This document shows, piece after piece, positions 47,108 to 57,257 of a stretch of DNA of 64,000 bases. The DNA comes from Armatimonadota bacterium. Its GTDB lineage: Bacteria > Armatimonadota > SYMT01 > JACQGL01. The DNA lies in NCBI GenBank assembly GCA_016199525.1, contig JACQGL010000048.1, forward strand, positions 630-64,629. Direction: 5' to 3'. Made by a program: the position numbers and the translations under genes. The notes under the pieces were generated by a model. It searched no databases. It was not told the DNA's origin and was given only the letters and a program-made list of their open reading frames with translations. Each line of letters starts with the position of its first letter. Position 1 is the stretch's first letter.

Positions 47108-49513
47108 CTACGCCGCCGCCTCCACGCGCTCCTCGAACACCAGCTCCCCGCCGGGGGTGGCGTCCACCACCACGTGGCTGCCCTCCCGCAGCTCGCCGGA
47201 GATCAGCTTGAGCGCCAGCGGGTCCATAATCCGTTTCTGGATCACCCGTTTGAGCGGCCGCGCGCCGTAGATCGGATCGTAGCCCTCCGCAGCCAGTGTC
47301 TCCTTCGCCCTGTCCGTCAGCTCCAACGCCAGCTTCTGCTCCACCAGGCGCTTCATCAACAGCCCCAGCTGGATCTCCACGATCTGCTTCAGGTCCACCG
47401 CGGACAGCGAGCGGAATACCACGATGTCGTCCACGCGGTTGAGGAACTCCGGCCGGAACTGCAGCCGCAGCGCCTCCATCACGCGGTCGCGCGCCTCCTC
47501 GGGGTCGGTCAGCGTCATCTCCTGAAGCCACTGCGATCCCACGTTGCTGGTCATGATGATCACGGTATTCTTGAAGTCTACCGTGCGTCCATGGCCATCG
47601 GTGAGTCGCCCATCCTCCAGGATCTGGAGCAGGATGTTGAACACGTCGGGGTGCGCCTTCTCAATTTCGTCGAACAGCACCACGCTGAACGGGCGCCGGC
47701 GCACCGCCTCGGTGAGAAAGCCGCCCTCTTCGAACCCTACGTAGCCCGGAGGTGCGCCGATGAGCCGTGCCACGGAGTGCTTCTCCATGAACTCGCTCAT
47801 GTCCAGGCGGACCATCGCCCGCTCCTCGTCGAACAGGAACTCCGCCAGGGCGCGGGCCAGCTCCGTCTTCCCCACCCCTGTGGGGCCGAGGAAGATGAAC
47901 GAGCCGGTGGGACGCTTGGGATCCTTCAGGCCGGAGCGGGCTCGCCGGATGGCGCGGGACACGGCGGTGATCGCCTCGTCCTGGCCGATGATCCGCTTGT
48001 GCAGCCCCTCCTCCATCTTGAGGAGCTTGGTCGTCTCCGCCTCCACCAGCCGCATGACCGGGATACCGGTCCAGCTCTGGACGATCTGAGCGACCTCGTC
48101 CTCGGAGACCTCGATCTTCGCCGTCTCCCGCTGGGCGCGCCACTCGTTCTCGATGCGGCGCATCTCTTCGCGCAGATCTTGCTCGCGCGCTTTGAGTTGC
48201 GCGTTGCGCTCATAATCGCCCTGCGCGGGGAGAGTTTCCCGCTCGTGCTGGATCTTCTCCAGATCGGCCTTCATCTCCCGCAGTTGCACGGGGGGCATGG
48301 CGAACCGCAGCCGCACGCGGCTGGCTGCCTCGTCCACCAGATCGATGGCCTTGTCCGGCAGGTAGCGATCCGTGATGTACCGATCCGATAGCCGCGCGGC
48401 GGCAACCAGCGCATCATCGCGGATCGTTACCTGGTGATGGGACTCATAGCGCTCGCGCAGGCCCTTGAGGATATCGATGGTATCGTCCACGGACGGCTCG
48501 CGCACCTGCACTGGCTGGAAGCGCCGCGCCAGGGCGGCGTCCCGCTCGATGTACTTGCGGAACTCATCCATGGTGGTGGCGCCGATGCACTGGAGTTCCC
48601 CGCGCGCCAGAGAAGGCTTAAGGATGTTGGAGGCGTCGATGGCTCCCTCCGCCGCGCCCGCGCCCACCAGGGTGTGCAGCTCGTCCACGAACAGGATTAC
48701 TTCGCCGGAAGCGCGCCGGACCTCGTCCATCACGCGCTTCATCCGCTCTTCGAACTCGCCGCGGTACTTGGTACCCGCCACCAGGCCGGGGAGATCCAGC
48801 GCCACGATGCGCTTGTCCTTGAGCGGCTCGGGGATATCCTCGTGGATGATGCGCTGCGCGAGCCCCTCGGCGATGGCCGTCTTGCCGACTCCCGCCTCCC
48901 CCACCAGACAGGGATTGTTCTTGATGCGGCGGCTCAGGATCTGGATGACGCGTTCGATCTCCTGGTAGCGGCCGACCACCGGGTCCAGCTTGTCATTGCG
49001 GGCCAGCTCGGTCAAGTCGCGGCCAAACTCATCCAGAGTGGGCGTGCGGGAGCGCTGGCGGCTGTGCGCGTGCTGGGTTTCGCCCTCCTGCATGGCGTAG
49101 ACCTCCCGACGGGTGCGCTCCAGGTCCGCCCCCAGCTTCACGAGCACGCGCGCGGCCAGGCCGTCTCCCTCGCGGATCAGCCCGAGCAGCAGGTGCTCCG
49201 TGCCAATGTAGTTGTTGTTCAGCTGGCGGGCTTCTTCGTAGGCCAGATCAATCACGCGCTTGGCGCGCGGCGTCAGCTGCATGTCCTGGCCCAGGTTGCC
49301 GTGCCCGCGCGTCACCTGCCGCTCGATCTCCGCGCGAATGCGTCCCAGATGGATGCCCAGGCGATCCAGGATGCGGGCGGCGACGCTGTCGCTCTCGCGC
49401 ACCAGGCCAAGGAGCAGGTGTTCAGTGCTCACATAATTCTCGCCCAGACGAGCGGCTTCTTCTTGTGCGAAGAAGACCACGCGTCGAGCCCGCTCCGTGA
49501 ACCTTTGCCACAT
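47108..49513 (-). CDS. clpC: ClpC-type AAA+ chaperone/unfoldase (Clp/Hsp100 family, two ATPase domains)
   Basis: 801 aa. Clp_N repeats ([33 protein letters not shown]). Walker [16 protein letters not shown] and [15 protein letters not shown]. Short middle coiled coil. Confidence 0.9.
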   Translation of the reverse strand: MWQRFTERARRVVFFAQEEAARLGENYVSTEHLLLGLVRESDSVAARILDRLGIHLGRIRAEIERQVTRGHGNLGQDMQLTPRAKRVIDLAYEEARQLNNNYIGTEHLLLGLIREGDGLAARVLVKLGADLERTRREVYAMQEGETQHAHSRQRSRTPTLDEFGRDLTELARNDKLDPVVGRYQEIERVIQILSRRIKNNPCLVGEAGVGKTAIAEGLAQRIIHEDIPEPLKDKRIVALDLPGLVAGTKYRGEFEERMKRVMDEVRRASGEVILFVDELHTLVGAGAAEGAIDASNILKPSLARGELQCIGATTMDEFRKYIERDAALARRFQPVQVREPSVDDTIDILKGLRERYESHHQVTIRDDALVAAARLSDRYITDRYLPDKAIDLVDEAASRVRLRFAMPPVQLREMKADLEKIQHERETLPAQGDYERNAQLKAREQDLREEMRRIENEWRAQRETAKIEVSEDEVAQIVQSWTGIPVMRLVEAETTKLLKMEEGLHKRIIGQDEAITAVSRAIRRARSGLKDPKRPTGSFIFLGPTGVGKTELARALAEFLFDEERAMVRLDMSEFMEKHSVARLIGAPPGYVGFEEGGFLTEAVRRRPFSVVLFDEIEKAHPDVFNILLQILEDGRLTDGHGRTVDFKNTVIIMTSNVGSQWLQEMTLTDPEEARDRVMEALRLQFRPEFLNRVDDIVVFRSLSAVDLKQIVEIQLGLLMKRLVEQKLALELTDRAKETLAAEGYDPIYGARPLKRVIQKRIMDPLALKLISGELREGSHVVVDATPGGELVFEERVEAAA

Positions 49514-49695
49514 GATTTGGGTAGCCCTCCAATCCTTTTTGCCTGTATACTTGGTTTATTCCCGTTTTATCCGGACCGCCGTCTTCGGGCCGATGACATC
49601 CCGCGATACGCTGGTGCTGTCTTGTTCGGCGAACAAAACCCAGCCGTGGGGTCCGCTCTGCAAGCATTCCGTAGCGCAGGCACTCTTGCCGGCAA

Positions 49696-50595
49696 TCAAC
49701 TCAGGGCCGGCTGCGCCTGTTCGATCTCCACCCCCTGCGTGCGCACCATCTGCTGGAACGCTTCCCGCAACTGCCGCGTGATCGGTCCAGGTTTCCCATC
49801 ACCGATGATCCGGTCGTCCACGCGGACCACGGGGACGATTTCCGCACCCGTGCCCGTCAGGAAGCACTCGTCTGCGGTGTAAAGCGCCGTCTGCGTGAAT
49901 GCTTGTTCCGCAAACGGAATGTGCATCTGGTGTGCCAACTCGATCACGGCGTTGCGCGTAATCCCCTCCAGAATACCCATATATGTGGGCGGCGTAATTA
50001 ATTGGCCCCGCGTAACAATGAACACGTTATCGCCCGTGGCCTCGGCCACGTAACCATCCTGGTTAAGCATAATCCCCTCGCCCACTCCGGCGCGGTTCAC
50101 CTCGATCTTAGCGAGGATGTTGTTCAGGTAATTGAGCGACTTGATGTTCGGATCCAGGGCCGAGGGAGAATTGCGCCGCGTGCTCGTCGTGATCACCGCC
50201 ATCCCCTCCTCGTACATGGACGGCGGATACATGGTCAGCTTATCAGCGATAATGACGACTGTCGTGCCCTCGCGGCAATTGCGCGGATCGATTCCCAGGT
50301 CCCCACGGCCGCGGGAGCAGACCACGCGAATGTAGCCCTGCCGCAGCCGGTTGTGCCGGCAGGTCTCCAGAACAAGCTCCCGCATCTCCTGGCAAGAATA
50401 CGGGATGGCGAGCATCAACGTCTTCGCAGATCGGAATAAGCGTTCGACGTGCTCATCGAGCCGGAACACGCGGCCATCATAAGCTCGGATTCCCTCGAAG
50501 CAGCCATCCCCGTAAAGAAACCCATGATCGAAGACGGAAACCTTCGCCTCCTCTGGGGGTACGAATCTACCGTTCAGAAAAATAAACCGATTCAT
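49696..50595 (-). CDS. ilvE: Branched-chain amino acid aminotransferase (class IV)
   Basis: Start ATG 50595: MNRFIFLNGRFVPPEEAKVSVFDHGFLYGDGCFEGIRAYDGRVFRLDEHVERL.. Confidence 0.9.
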   Translation of the reverse strand: MNRFIFLNGRFVPPEEAKVSVFDHGFLYGDGCFEGIRAYDGRVFRLDEHVERLFRSAKTLMLAIPYSCQEMRELVLETCRHNRLRQGYIRVVCSRGRGDLGIDPRNCREGTTVVIIADKLTMYPPSMYEEGMAVITTSTRRNSPSALDPNIKSLNYLNNILAKIEVNRAGVGEGIMLNQDGYVAEATGDNVFIVTRGQLITPPTYMGILEGITRNAVIELAHQMHIPFAEQAFTQTALYTADECFLTGTGAEIVPVVRVDDRIIGDGKPGPITRQLREAFQQMVRTQGVEIEQAQPALS

Positions 50596-51465
50596 ACACT
50601 GTCTCCTGCTTGAAGGCTCCGGGCTTTGGTAGAAGTATAGCACGGGAAACGGGTGATTTACAAGCGCACGGCGGCCCTCGCAAGCCTAGTACCAGGCTGC
50701 CATCACGGCTACGATGGCGCTTGCGACGCCTTCACCGGGCGCCTGTGCGCTATGCTATCGAGTAGCCGCTCTACCGGTTGATTCTTTGACAGACAGGACA
50801 CCCGGAAGACTCCCCTGGTTATGGGCGGAGCCGCCGGCAGGTGCGCCATCTCCCATCGAGGACCCCGGCTCCCTGTCCGTCAGTGTTCTGCTTCGAGCCG
50901 GAGGACGCGTCTGCACTACCGTAATCGTGAGCACAGAACAAGTGACCATGCGTTAGGGCTGCGGTCGGGCCGCGCCGGCGATCCCAGGAACCGAGCCCTT
51001 CCCGATCAGTTATGCCCCGATGCCAGGCATTCTACGCCCGCTGGTTCAGGCCTGGATCTCCCTCCGCCACAGCCGTCGGTAAATCGACCTCCGCCCGAGC
51101 GCCGGCCCTGGATTCAGAACCACAAGCCTCCTTTTCCACGGTGTACAAGCTAGCCACCCAGCCCCCACCCCATTCGTCTCCGGGCCTCCCGGCGTTTAGC
51201 TTTATGTCGCATCGGGGTATGTCATTAAACGACTACACTCACTCAATTGCCCGTCCGATCGGCCGACAACCCCGCACGGCCAGACTGGACGTGCTTGTTG
51301 CTACCTGGCATACCGGCCAGGGGCCACCCCGCCAGGGGTTCTTCGCCGTGACACTGTAACACGGTGCCCTGTTTGTGCGCCAAGTAAGGGAGCGAATACT
51401 CTGGCCTTTGGAGTACGATCATACCTTTGGCACGGTTGCTCGCTATACCAGGAAAGGAGCGGTCT

Positions 51466-52899
51466 ATGCGGAGTGAATATTCCACTATTATCGTGGGAAG
51501 TGGGCCCACCGGCCTATCTGCCGCCTATCATCTGGACGAGGACTACCTCATCCTCGAAAAGGAAGCCCAGATCGGCGGGCTGAACCGTTCGATCACCATC
51601 AACGGGTTCACGTTTGACCACGCGGGTCATATCCTGTTCACCAACGATGAGTACGCCCGCCAGATGTTCAACCGTCTCCTCGGCGATAACGTGCACTACC
51701 AGCTCCGCGAGGCCTGGTGCTATCAGTGCGGCGTCCACACGATGTATCCGTTTCAGGCCAACACCTACGGCCTGCCCCGGGAGGTAATCCGCGATTGCGT
51801 CTCTGGCATGGCCCGCGCTTACCTGAAGTACGGCGATGACGATCCCAAGAGTTACCGGTCGTTCGAGGAGTGGATTTACAAGACCTATGGCGATGGCATC
51901 GCGCGGCACTTCATGGTCCCCTACAATCAGAGGTTGTGGAAGGTGCCGCTAAGCGAGATGTCGCATGACTGGTTGAGCGGGCGGGTACCGATGCCGAAGG
52001 TAGAGGAGATTATCGAAGGCGCCATCCGGCCCGGCATCAAGAACATGGGGCCGAACGCCCACTTCGGGTACCCGCTGCGCGGCGGCTTCCAGGCGCTGGT
52101 GGACGGGTGGCGCAACCTGCTCGATGTAAGCCAGGTGCGCACCCGGTCGGAAGTGGCCTGCATTTCGCTGCAGAAGCGGCGCGTGGTGTTGCAGAGCGGG
52201 GAGGAGATCGGCTTCCGCCGGTTGGTGAGCACCATGCCCCTGCCGGAACTGGTCCGCCGCATAGAAAATATCCCGCAGCGGATCCGTGATGCAGGCGAGA
52301 GCCTGAACCATACCTCGATTCTGTGCGTGTTCATTGGCCTGGATCGCGGCAACATCACGGACAAGCACTGGATCTACTATCCGGAGCTCGATCTGTTCTT
52401 CCACCGCATCTTCGTCCAGGGCAACGCCTCCCCGTTCAACCAGCCGCCGAACTGCAGCAACTACATCGCCGAGATTTCCTACCGCGGCAGCAACGTCGCC
52501 AGCAAGGACGTGGCGATCGAGAAGACGCTGGCGAGCCTGGAGAAGGTGGGATTGAAGGCGCCGCACGACCGCGTTCTGGTGGCAGACGCCGTCTACCTGC
52601 CCTACGCCTACGTCATCCCGCAGTGGCACAAGGACGCCGCCATCCGCGCCATCAAGGATTTCCTGGGCGAGCACGACATCTACACCGTGGGACGGTTCGG
52701 CGAGTGGGCCTACTACAACACGGACCACTCCATCCTTTCCGGCAAACGTGCAGCCGACGCGATTAACGAGAAGCAGCGCAAGCATCGGGTGGCGAGCGCG
52801 CCGCGATCCGCAAAGCGCAGCCAGCCGGCGGTGGCCACCGACCCGGCGACGGTGAGAGCCGCGGGCACATCGCTGGACAGACCCGGCGGGAGGACATAA
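51466..52899 (+). CDS. FAD-dependent oxidoreductase (amine-oxidase / UDP-galactopyranose-mutase-like fold)
   Basis: Start ATG 51466 (AAGGAG upstream): MRSEYSTIIVGSGPTGLSAAYHL..ILEKEAQIGGL dinucleotide-binding motif. ..FMVPYNQRLWKVP.. GC content is lower than in the surroundings. Confidence 0.8.
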   Translation: MRSEYSTIIVGSGPTGLSAAYHLDEDYLILEKEAQIGGLNRSITINGFTFDHAGHILFTNDEYARQMFNRLLGDNVHYQLREAWCYQCGVHTMYPFQANTYGLPREVIRDCVSGMARAYLKYGDDDPKSYRSFEEWIYKTYGDGIARHFMVPYNQRLWKVPLSEMSHDWLSGRVPMPKVEEIIEGAIRPGIKNMGPNAHFGYPLRGGFQALVDGWRNLLDVSQVRTRSEVACISLQKRRVVLQSGEEIGFRRLVSTMPLPELVRRIENIPQRIRDAGESLNHTSILCVFIGLDRGNITDKHWIYYPELDLFFHRIFVQGNASPFNQPPNCSNYIAEISYRGSNVASKDVAIEKTLASLEKVGLKAPHDRVLVADAVYLPYAYVIPQWHKDAAIRAIKDFLGEHDIYTVGRFGEWAYYNTDHSILSGKRAADAINEKQRKHRVASAPRSAKRSQPAVATDPATVRAAGTSLDRPGGRT

Positions 52900-52940
52900 C
52901 CTGACAAGCACGGCGTATGAGCCGCTCCCAGTGGCGCAAC

Positions 52941-52977
52941 GGGCAGCCTCGTCGTCGCGAGGCTGCCCGGAGTTTTT
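52941..52977 (+). terminator. Rho-independent terminator
   Basis: GGGCAGCCTCG-TCGTCG-CGAGGCTGCCC (11-bp perfect stem) followed by GGAGTTTTT. It lies 42 nt after the stop at 52899. Confidence 0.7.
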
Positions 52978-53069
52978 CCGCGCCTCCTGGTCCTGCTCCG
53001 CCGGGTTTTGCGGTACAATGGAATTGACAGTGCCCCGGGCCCTCCCGCGTCCGGACCGGCGGGTGACCC

Positions 53070-53675
53070 GTGATGTTGTGGTTGTATCTTTTCTGCGTGC
53101 TTTTGGCCGCAGTGGCCGCCTGCTTCATTGTGAGCTTTACGCGGCTGCGGCTGGGTCCGCCACCCGGCGACGACCGCGCCCCCGGTGCCGCCACCGCCAT
53201 CCTGCCCGAGGAGTGGGAGCGGGTACGCTGCGGCCAGTGTGTCCCCATCCGGTGTCCGCGCGCCATCGGCAACCCGCTCCGGCCCCGTAAGGACAGCCAC
53301 TGCGAAATCTGCGCGGCGATGTTCCTGGATCGCTACTGGAAGCGGCTCCTGGCCGGCCGGAGCCCATCCGATCGGGGCTGGTCCTCCTACCGTGGAGTGG
53401 AGGTAGCACGTGAGGCAGAGGCGGGCGAAGGCGCGCAAAGCGTGCGCCTGGAGCTGCCGCTGGCGGAGCAAGCGGCCTCACCTCCCGCCGCTCACCGGCC
53501 CCGCGGGGGCTCTCCGCGCTGGGGGCGCGTCCTCTTCGTGGGCGGGCTGATCACATTCCTGGTGGGAGTCACGGCCGCTGTGCTGCTGCCGCCCGGATTT
53601 ATGCTGCCAGGCTATACCCTCTGCGCCATCGGGGTTGCCTGCCTCATCCGTGGCGCGGCCAGCGGGGCGGTTTAG
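53070..53675 (+). CDS. Hypothetical membrane protein with a CxxC..CxxC zinc-ribbon-like motif
   Basis: N-terminal TM helix LWLYLFCVLLAAVAACFIVSF, then CGQCVPIRCP..HCEIC, then C-terminal TM helices VLFVGGLITFLVGVTAAVLL / YTLCAIGVACLI. Confidence 0.45.
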   Translation: MMLWLYLFCVLLAAVAACFIVSFTRLRLGPPPGDDRAPGAATAILPEEWERVRCGQCVPIRCPRAIGNPLRPRKDSHCEICAAMFLDRYWKRLLAGRSPSDRGWSSYRGVEVAREAEAGEGAQSVRLELPLAEQAASPPAAHRPRGGSPRWGRVLFVGGLITFLVGVTAAVLLPPGFMLPGYTLCAIGVACLIRGAASGAV

Positions 53676-53747
53676 CGCCTGAACCAGCCGGGGCGCGCTG
53701 TCACGCGAAGACGCAAAGGCGCAGATAGAGGATACCTCACGCAGCCG

Positions 53748-54197
53748 CTAGTCTGCCACCTCGACGATCATCTCGATCTCAACCGCGGCGTTTCCTGGGA
53801 GCTGGTACACCCCAATGGCGCTGCGCGCGTGCCAACCCCTCTCGGGGCCGAAGATCTCCAGCAGGGCATCCGTGGCGCCGTTGATGACCGCCGGGGTGTT
53901 ATAGAACCCCGCCGCGCAGTTCACCAGACCGAGCAGCTTCACTACCCGCGTCACGCGGTCCAGGTCACCAATCCGCCATTTCACCGCCGCCAGGCAGCGC
54001 AGGATCGCCTCCCGAGCGCCCTCGTAGGCCTGCTCCGCAGTGACATCGCCGCCCACCTTGCCGGTCAGACGGCAGGTGTTCCCACTGGTGTAGACCAGGT
54101 TCCCGGTGCGTACCGCCGGGGCGAGCTTGCCGCGCTGGTCCGGCGGCTCGCCCAGAGACCAACCCAGTTCCCGGATACGGTCTTCGATCAACGCCAT
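53748..54197 (-). CDS. RidA/YjgF-family reactive-intermediate deaminase
   Basis: 149 aa from ATG 54197 (GGAGGAG upstream): ..AVRTGNLVYTSG.. ..ARSAIGVYQLPGNAAVEIEMIVEV.. Confidence 0.85.
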   Translation of the reverse strand: MALIEDRIRELGWSLGEPPDQRGKLAPAVRTGNLVYTSGNTCRLTGKVGGDVTAEQAYEGAREAILRCLAAVKWRIGDLDRVTRVVKLLGLVNCAAGFYNTPAVINGATDALLEIFGPERGWHARSAIGVYQLPGNAAVEIEMIVEVAD

Positions 54198-54468
54198 TGT
54201 TCCGACTCCTCCTTGCCCATGTGAAAGGCAGCGGTGGATTGCAGAAGGGATGAAGGGCCAGAGACAAATGCCGCGGGGCGGCCCTCTCTGACCTCCGGTC
54301 ATTCGTCCCTCGTCCTGCGTTCTTTCCCCATCCAGCCCCCTGGTGGTGGATGCCGCCCACGCCCGCGCCAGCGGGAGGGAGAGGCCTGCCGGCGCTACCC
54401 AGGAGAGGGAGCCTCCTTCCCAACGGAAGGGAGGTTCGCAGGCGCGACGGTCGCGGCTTTCCGTCACC

Positions 54469-56799
54469 TCACTCTTCCTGCTCGGCGCGGAAGTTCGCGG
54501 CGGCGTAGACGTAGATGTTCACCACCGCCTGGAGCGCCCCTTCCTGTGTCTCCGCGTCGTTCCTTGGCGAGCCGACCACGGTCGCCAGATAGCGGTTGGG
54601 CGTCATCAGCACCGCCACGCGGCCGTCCACGGTGATCGCCTGGAACAGCTCGTTGCGCCCCGTATCCCCCTTGGGTACGTTGAGCAGCACGTAGTGGGAG
54701 CGATAGATGGCGTGGCTGAGCGGCAGCGACTCCGGCTGCCGCCCGAACGTGCGGGCCATCTCCTCGCGGAAGGCGCGATCGAATGCCGTTTCCGAGAAGT
54801 CCGCCCAGATGAGGCCGCCCCTGCTGACATACTTGCGCAGCTCCTCGCGCTGCTGGTCTGTGAGGCGGAACGGCTTGTGGCCGCTGAACACGAGCACCGG
54901 CGAGTTGCCCAGCAGCGCCGCGCGAATCACGCGATACTGGCCGCCCAGGGCGACTTTGATCTTGGTGCGGCTGTTGATCTCGTCCAGGATTTTGCGTCGC
55001 GCCAGGTCATGGTACTGGTAATCGCTATCCGTGATTGCGCTCGGCAAGGCGAAGCTGCCCGTGGTGGCCACGTAGACGCCCGCGGGGGCGTGCCGCCCGG
55101 GGATGCCAATCCCTTCTCCGCCGGGACCCACGCCCCGCCCGGTGCCCGGGCCTTCGCCGCCCGGGCCCCCCACGCCACTGGCCGGCCCGAGCCCGTCCAC
55201 GCCGTGCTGCCTGCCGGTGTCGAGCCCGTCGCCCGTGCCCCGAAAGCTTTCGGGATCTCCGCCGCCCGAGCCCCCGTCACCGCGGCGAACGCCGCCGAAC
55301 TCTCTCGCCGTGCCGGAGCCGCCCGGGCCGCCGGGGCCATCACCGACACCGGTGCCTAGCCCGCCCCGAACGCTTTCGGGGCCTTCACCACCGCCGCCCG
55401 GCCCTCCCTGGCCCTCGTCGCCCAGTCCCGAAAGATTTCGGGACGGCAGACCGGGCGTACCAGCGCGGAACCCCCGGCCACCACTGCCGCCGCCATCTAC
55501 CGCTGGGCTACCTGGACCACCGCCGCCCCCGGGCCCCTCCCCGGAGTCGCCGCTGCCATTGCCCGGGCCCGGCAGCGTGCCCAGCCCGCCCAGGCCACCG
55601 CGCACTAGGGGACCCAGGGAGCCCGTGCCCTCGAGCGAGCCCGTCCCTCGCTGCCGGGGCGTACCTGCCACTTCGCCGCCCGCGAGCGGCACCGGCACGC
55701 CGGGGCCACCTTCAGTCACCCCCATGGCCGGCCTACCAGGCCCCACGCTGCCTGCTTCGGGCAACGGCGGCGCCGCCTTTCCATTTCCCGGCTGCTCCGA
55801 GCCGCCCGCCAGGCCCTCGAGACCAGGGGGAAGATCGATGCGGGCCATCGCTACCCGGGACGGATTCGGCAGGTCCCCGGCGCCACCACCCAGGCCAGCC
55901 GCGGGGTAGGCACCAATCCCTCCGCCCTCACCATGGCGACGGGGTGGCTCCGCCGAGGCCATGCGTGCGCTGCCCGGACCGGGCGGGGCGCCGCCCGGAT
56001 CGCCCGGTTCAGGCGCGGGCAGACCTGCCTCTCGCTTGCCTGTGCCCGCGGGATGGCCGGGCTCCGTACCCGTTCCGGAACCCGGGCCCAGCTCCCCCGG
56101 TCGCTCCGGACGCATCGCCACGGGGCTCCGCAGGGTGCCGCCCGTCCCGACGCGTCGGGACTCCTGGTCCCCCGAGGGAACGCCCGGACGAGGACGCGGC
56201 GCCTCTAGCGTGCGCGGCCCCTCTGGCCCGCCGCCTCCTGAAGAACGCGCGCCGCTCAGTTCCTCCGGCGCCGGCGGCTGGCTTGTTTCCTCGGGAGGAC
56301 GAGCAGGCGCCGCCGGCTCCTCGGGAAGGCGCGCCATCTGCGGCCCCGGCGTCTCCACGTCGGGCGGGCGCGGCACGGCGGGCGCCGGCGGCGACTTTAC
56401 GGCGGCCACCCGCGGCTTGGGCCGTTCCACCGCCACCGGTACGGGGCGGGGCGGCGGGCCCGATAGAATACGCGCCCGCTCCTGCTGGCGGCGAATGCGC
56501 AATGGCTGCGGCCCTCGCGGCGCCGGCCGTGGCTGCACCAGTCGCGTCCGGCTTGCCATCGCCATCAGTGGCGATTTGGGCGCCGGCGCCCGCCGGGGCG
56601 GCAGGAACTTGATGTTCACCATGCGCTCCGGCGGGAGCGGCGGCACCGGCTTGGTCGCCTGCCAGTGCAGATGGCCCAGGAACGCCAGCAGACCGGCGTG
56701 CAGCACCACGGACACGCCCAGGGCGATCCCGTCCAGCGGCTCCGACCGCGGACGGAGCGACTTGACCATCAAATCCGATACGTGTCTCAGTAGAAGCAT
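54469..56799 (-). CDS. TonB/TolA-like membrane-anchored protein with a long Pro- and Gly-rich spacer and a C-terminal DUF4159-like domain
   Basis: 776 aa. TM helix GIALGVSVVLHAGLLAFLGHL, then PPLPPERMVNIKFLPPRRAPAPK.., then about 450 aa of G/P low complexity. The C-terminus ..PVLVFSGHKPFRLTDQQREELRKYVSRGGLIWADFSETAFDRAFREEMARTFG..LPLSHAIYRSHYVL.. matches the DUF4159 pattern as I recall it. No TonB_C-like YP..G..G motif. Confidence 0.8.
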   Translation of the reverse strand: MLLLRHVSDLMVKSLRPRSEPLDGIALGVSVVLHAGLLAFLGHLHWQATKPVPPLPPERMVNIKFLPPRRAPAPKSPLMAMASRTRLVQPRPAPRGPQPLRIRRQQERARILSGPPPRPVPVAVERPKPRVAAVKSPPAPAVPRPPDVETPGPQMARLPEEPAAPARPPEETSQPPAPEELSGARSSGGGGPEGPRTLEAPRPRPGVPSGDQESRRVGTGGTLRSPVAMRPERPGELGPGSGTGTEPGHPAGTGKREAGLPAPEPGDPGGAPPGPGSARMASAEPPRRHGEGGGIGAYPAAGLGGGAGDLPNPSRVAMARIDLPPGLEGLAGGSEQPGNGKAAPPLPEAGSVGPGRPAMGVTEGGPGVPVPLAGGEVAGTPRQRGTGSLEGTGSLGPLVRGGLGGLGTLPGPGNGSGDSGEGPGGGGGPGSPAVDGGGSGGRGFRAGTPGLPSRNLSGLGDEGQGGPGGGGEGPESVRGGLGTGVGDGPGGPGGSGTAREFGGVRRGDGGSGGGDPESFRGTGDGLDTGRQHGVDGLGPASGVGGPGGEGPGTGRGVGPGGEGIGIPGRHAPAGVYVATTGSFALPSAITDSDYQYHDLARRKILDEINSRTKIKVALGGQYRVIRAALLGNSPVLVFSGHKPFRLTDQQREELRKYVSRGGLIWADFSETAFDRAFREEMARTFGRQPESLPLSHAIYRSHYVLLNVPKGDTGRNELFQAITVDGRVAVLMTPNRYLATVVGSPRNDAETQEGALQAVVNIYVYAAANFRAEQEE
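55239..55443. repeat. Three copies of the same palindrome family inside the Gly-rich coding spacer
   Basis: 55239-55254 CCCGAAAGCTTTCGGG, 55364-55381 CCCCGAACGCTTTCGGGG, 55426-55443 TCCCGAAAGATTTCGGGA. On the minus strand they encode PESFRG, PESVRG and PSRNLSG. Confidence 0.5.
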
Positions 56800-56822
56800 T
56801 GCGCTTCCTCAGCCGGCCACCA

Positions 56823-57257
56823 TCAGCGGCGATCCGGCTGCGCCACCTCGGTCGGCAGCGCGATATTCACCAGCCCTGCCTGCTTTGCCGCGTCCATCAC
56901 CTGGACCACGCGCTCCCACACCACACTGCGATCCGCGCGCACGATCACCTGGTCCACCGGGGTCTCCCGGTGCATCGCCTTGAGCGTGCCCGCCAGGTCT
57001 CGCACCGCGATCCGGTTGCCGTTCAGCAGCACGTGCCCGCTCGGTTGGACAACGATATCGACGTCCTGCTTCTTCTGGAGCGGCTCGGCGGCCTTGGCGG
57101 TGGGCAGGTTGACGTTCAACGCATTTGATACGCCCACGAACGAGGCGCTGACCATAAAGATGATCATCAGCACCAGCACCACGTCCGTGAACGGCGTGAT
57201 GTTGATCTCCGCCATCACGGAGTGGCGCCGCTTCTTTCCGCCGTGGGAGATCATCAT
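56823..57257 (-). CDS. exbD: ExbD/TolR-family biopolymer transport protein
   Basis: 144 aa. ..AEINITPFTDVVLVLMIIFMV.. has a single TM helix and is followed by a periplasmic domain. Confidence 0.85.
   Translation of the reverse strand: MMISHGGKKRRHSVMAEINITPFTDVVLVLMIIFMVSASFVGVSNALNVNLPTAKAAEPLQKKQDVDIVVQPSGHVLLNGNRIAVRDLAGTLKAMHRETPVDQVIVRADRSVVWERVVQVMDAAKQAGLVNIALPTEVAQPDRR

Noticed and set aside
49622-49636. Palindrome TTGTTCGGCGAACAA upstream of clpC, considered as a CtsR/HrcA-type operator
   Set aside because: It matches neither the CtsR heptad repeat nor CIRCE. It is a single occurrence with weak AT-rich arms, so the evidence is insufficient.
47057-49882. 444-aa and 482-aa (+) ORFs
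   Set aside because: Both are antisense to clpC, which has unambiguous Walker motifs on the minus strand.
55035-56612. 525-aa (+) ORF and the overlapping 268-aa/340-aa (+) ORFs
   Set aside because: They are antisense to the Gly/Pro-rich spacer of the TonB-like gene. The extreme Pro/Arg/Ala composition is a mirror image of the real low-complexity coding strand. The minus-strand gene has an SD, a TM helix and a recognisable C-terminal domain.
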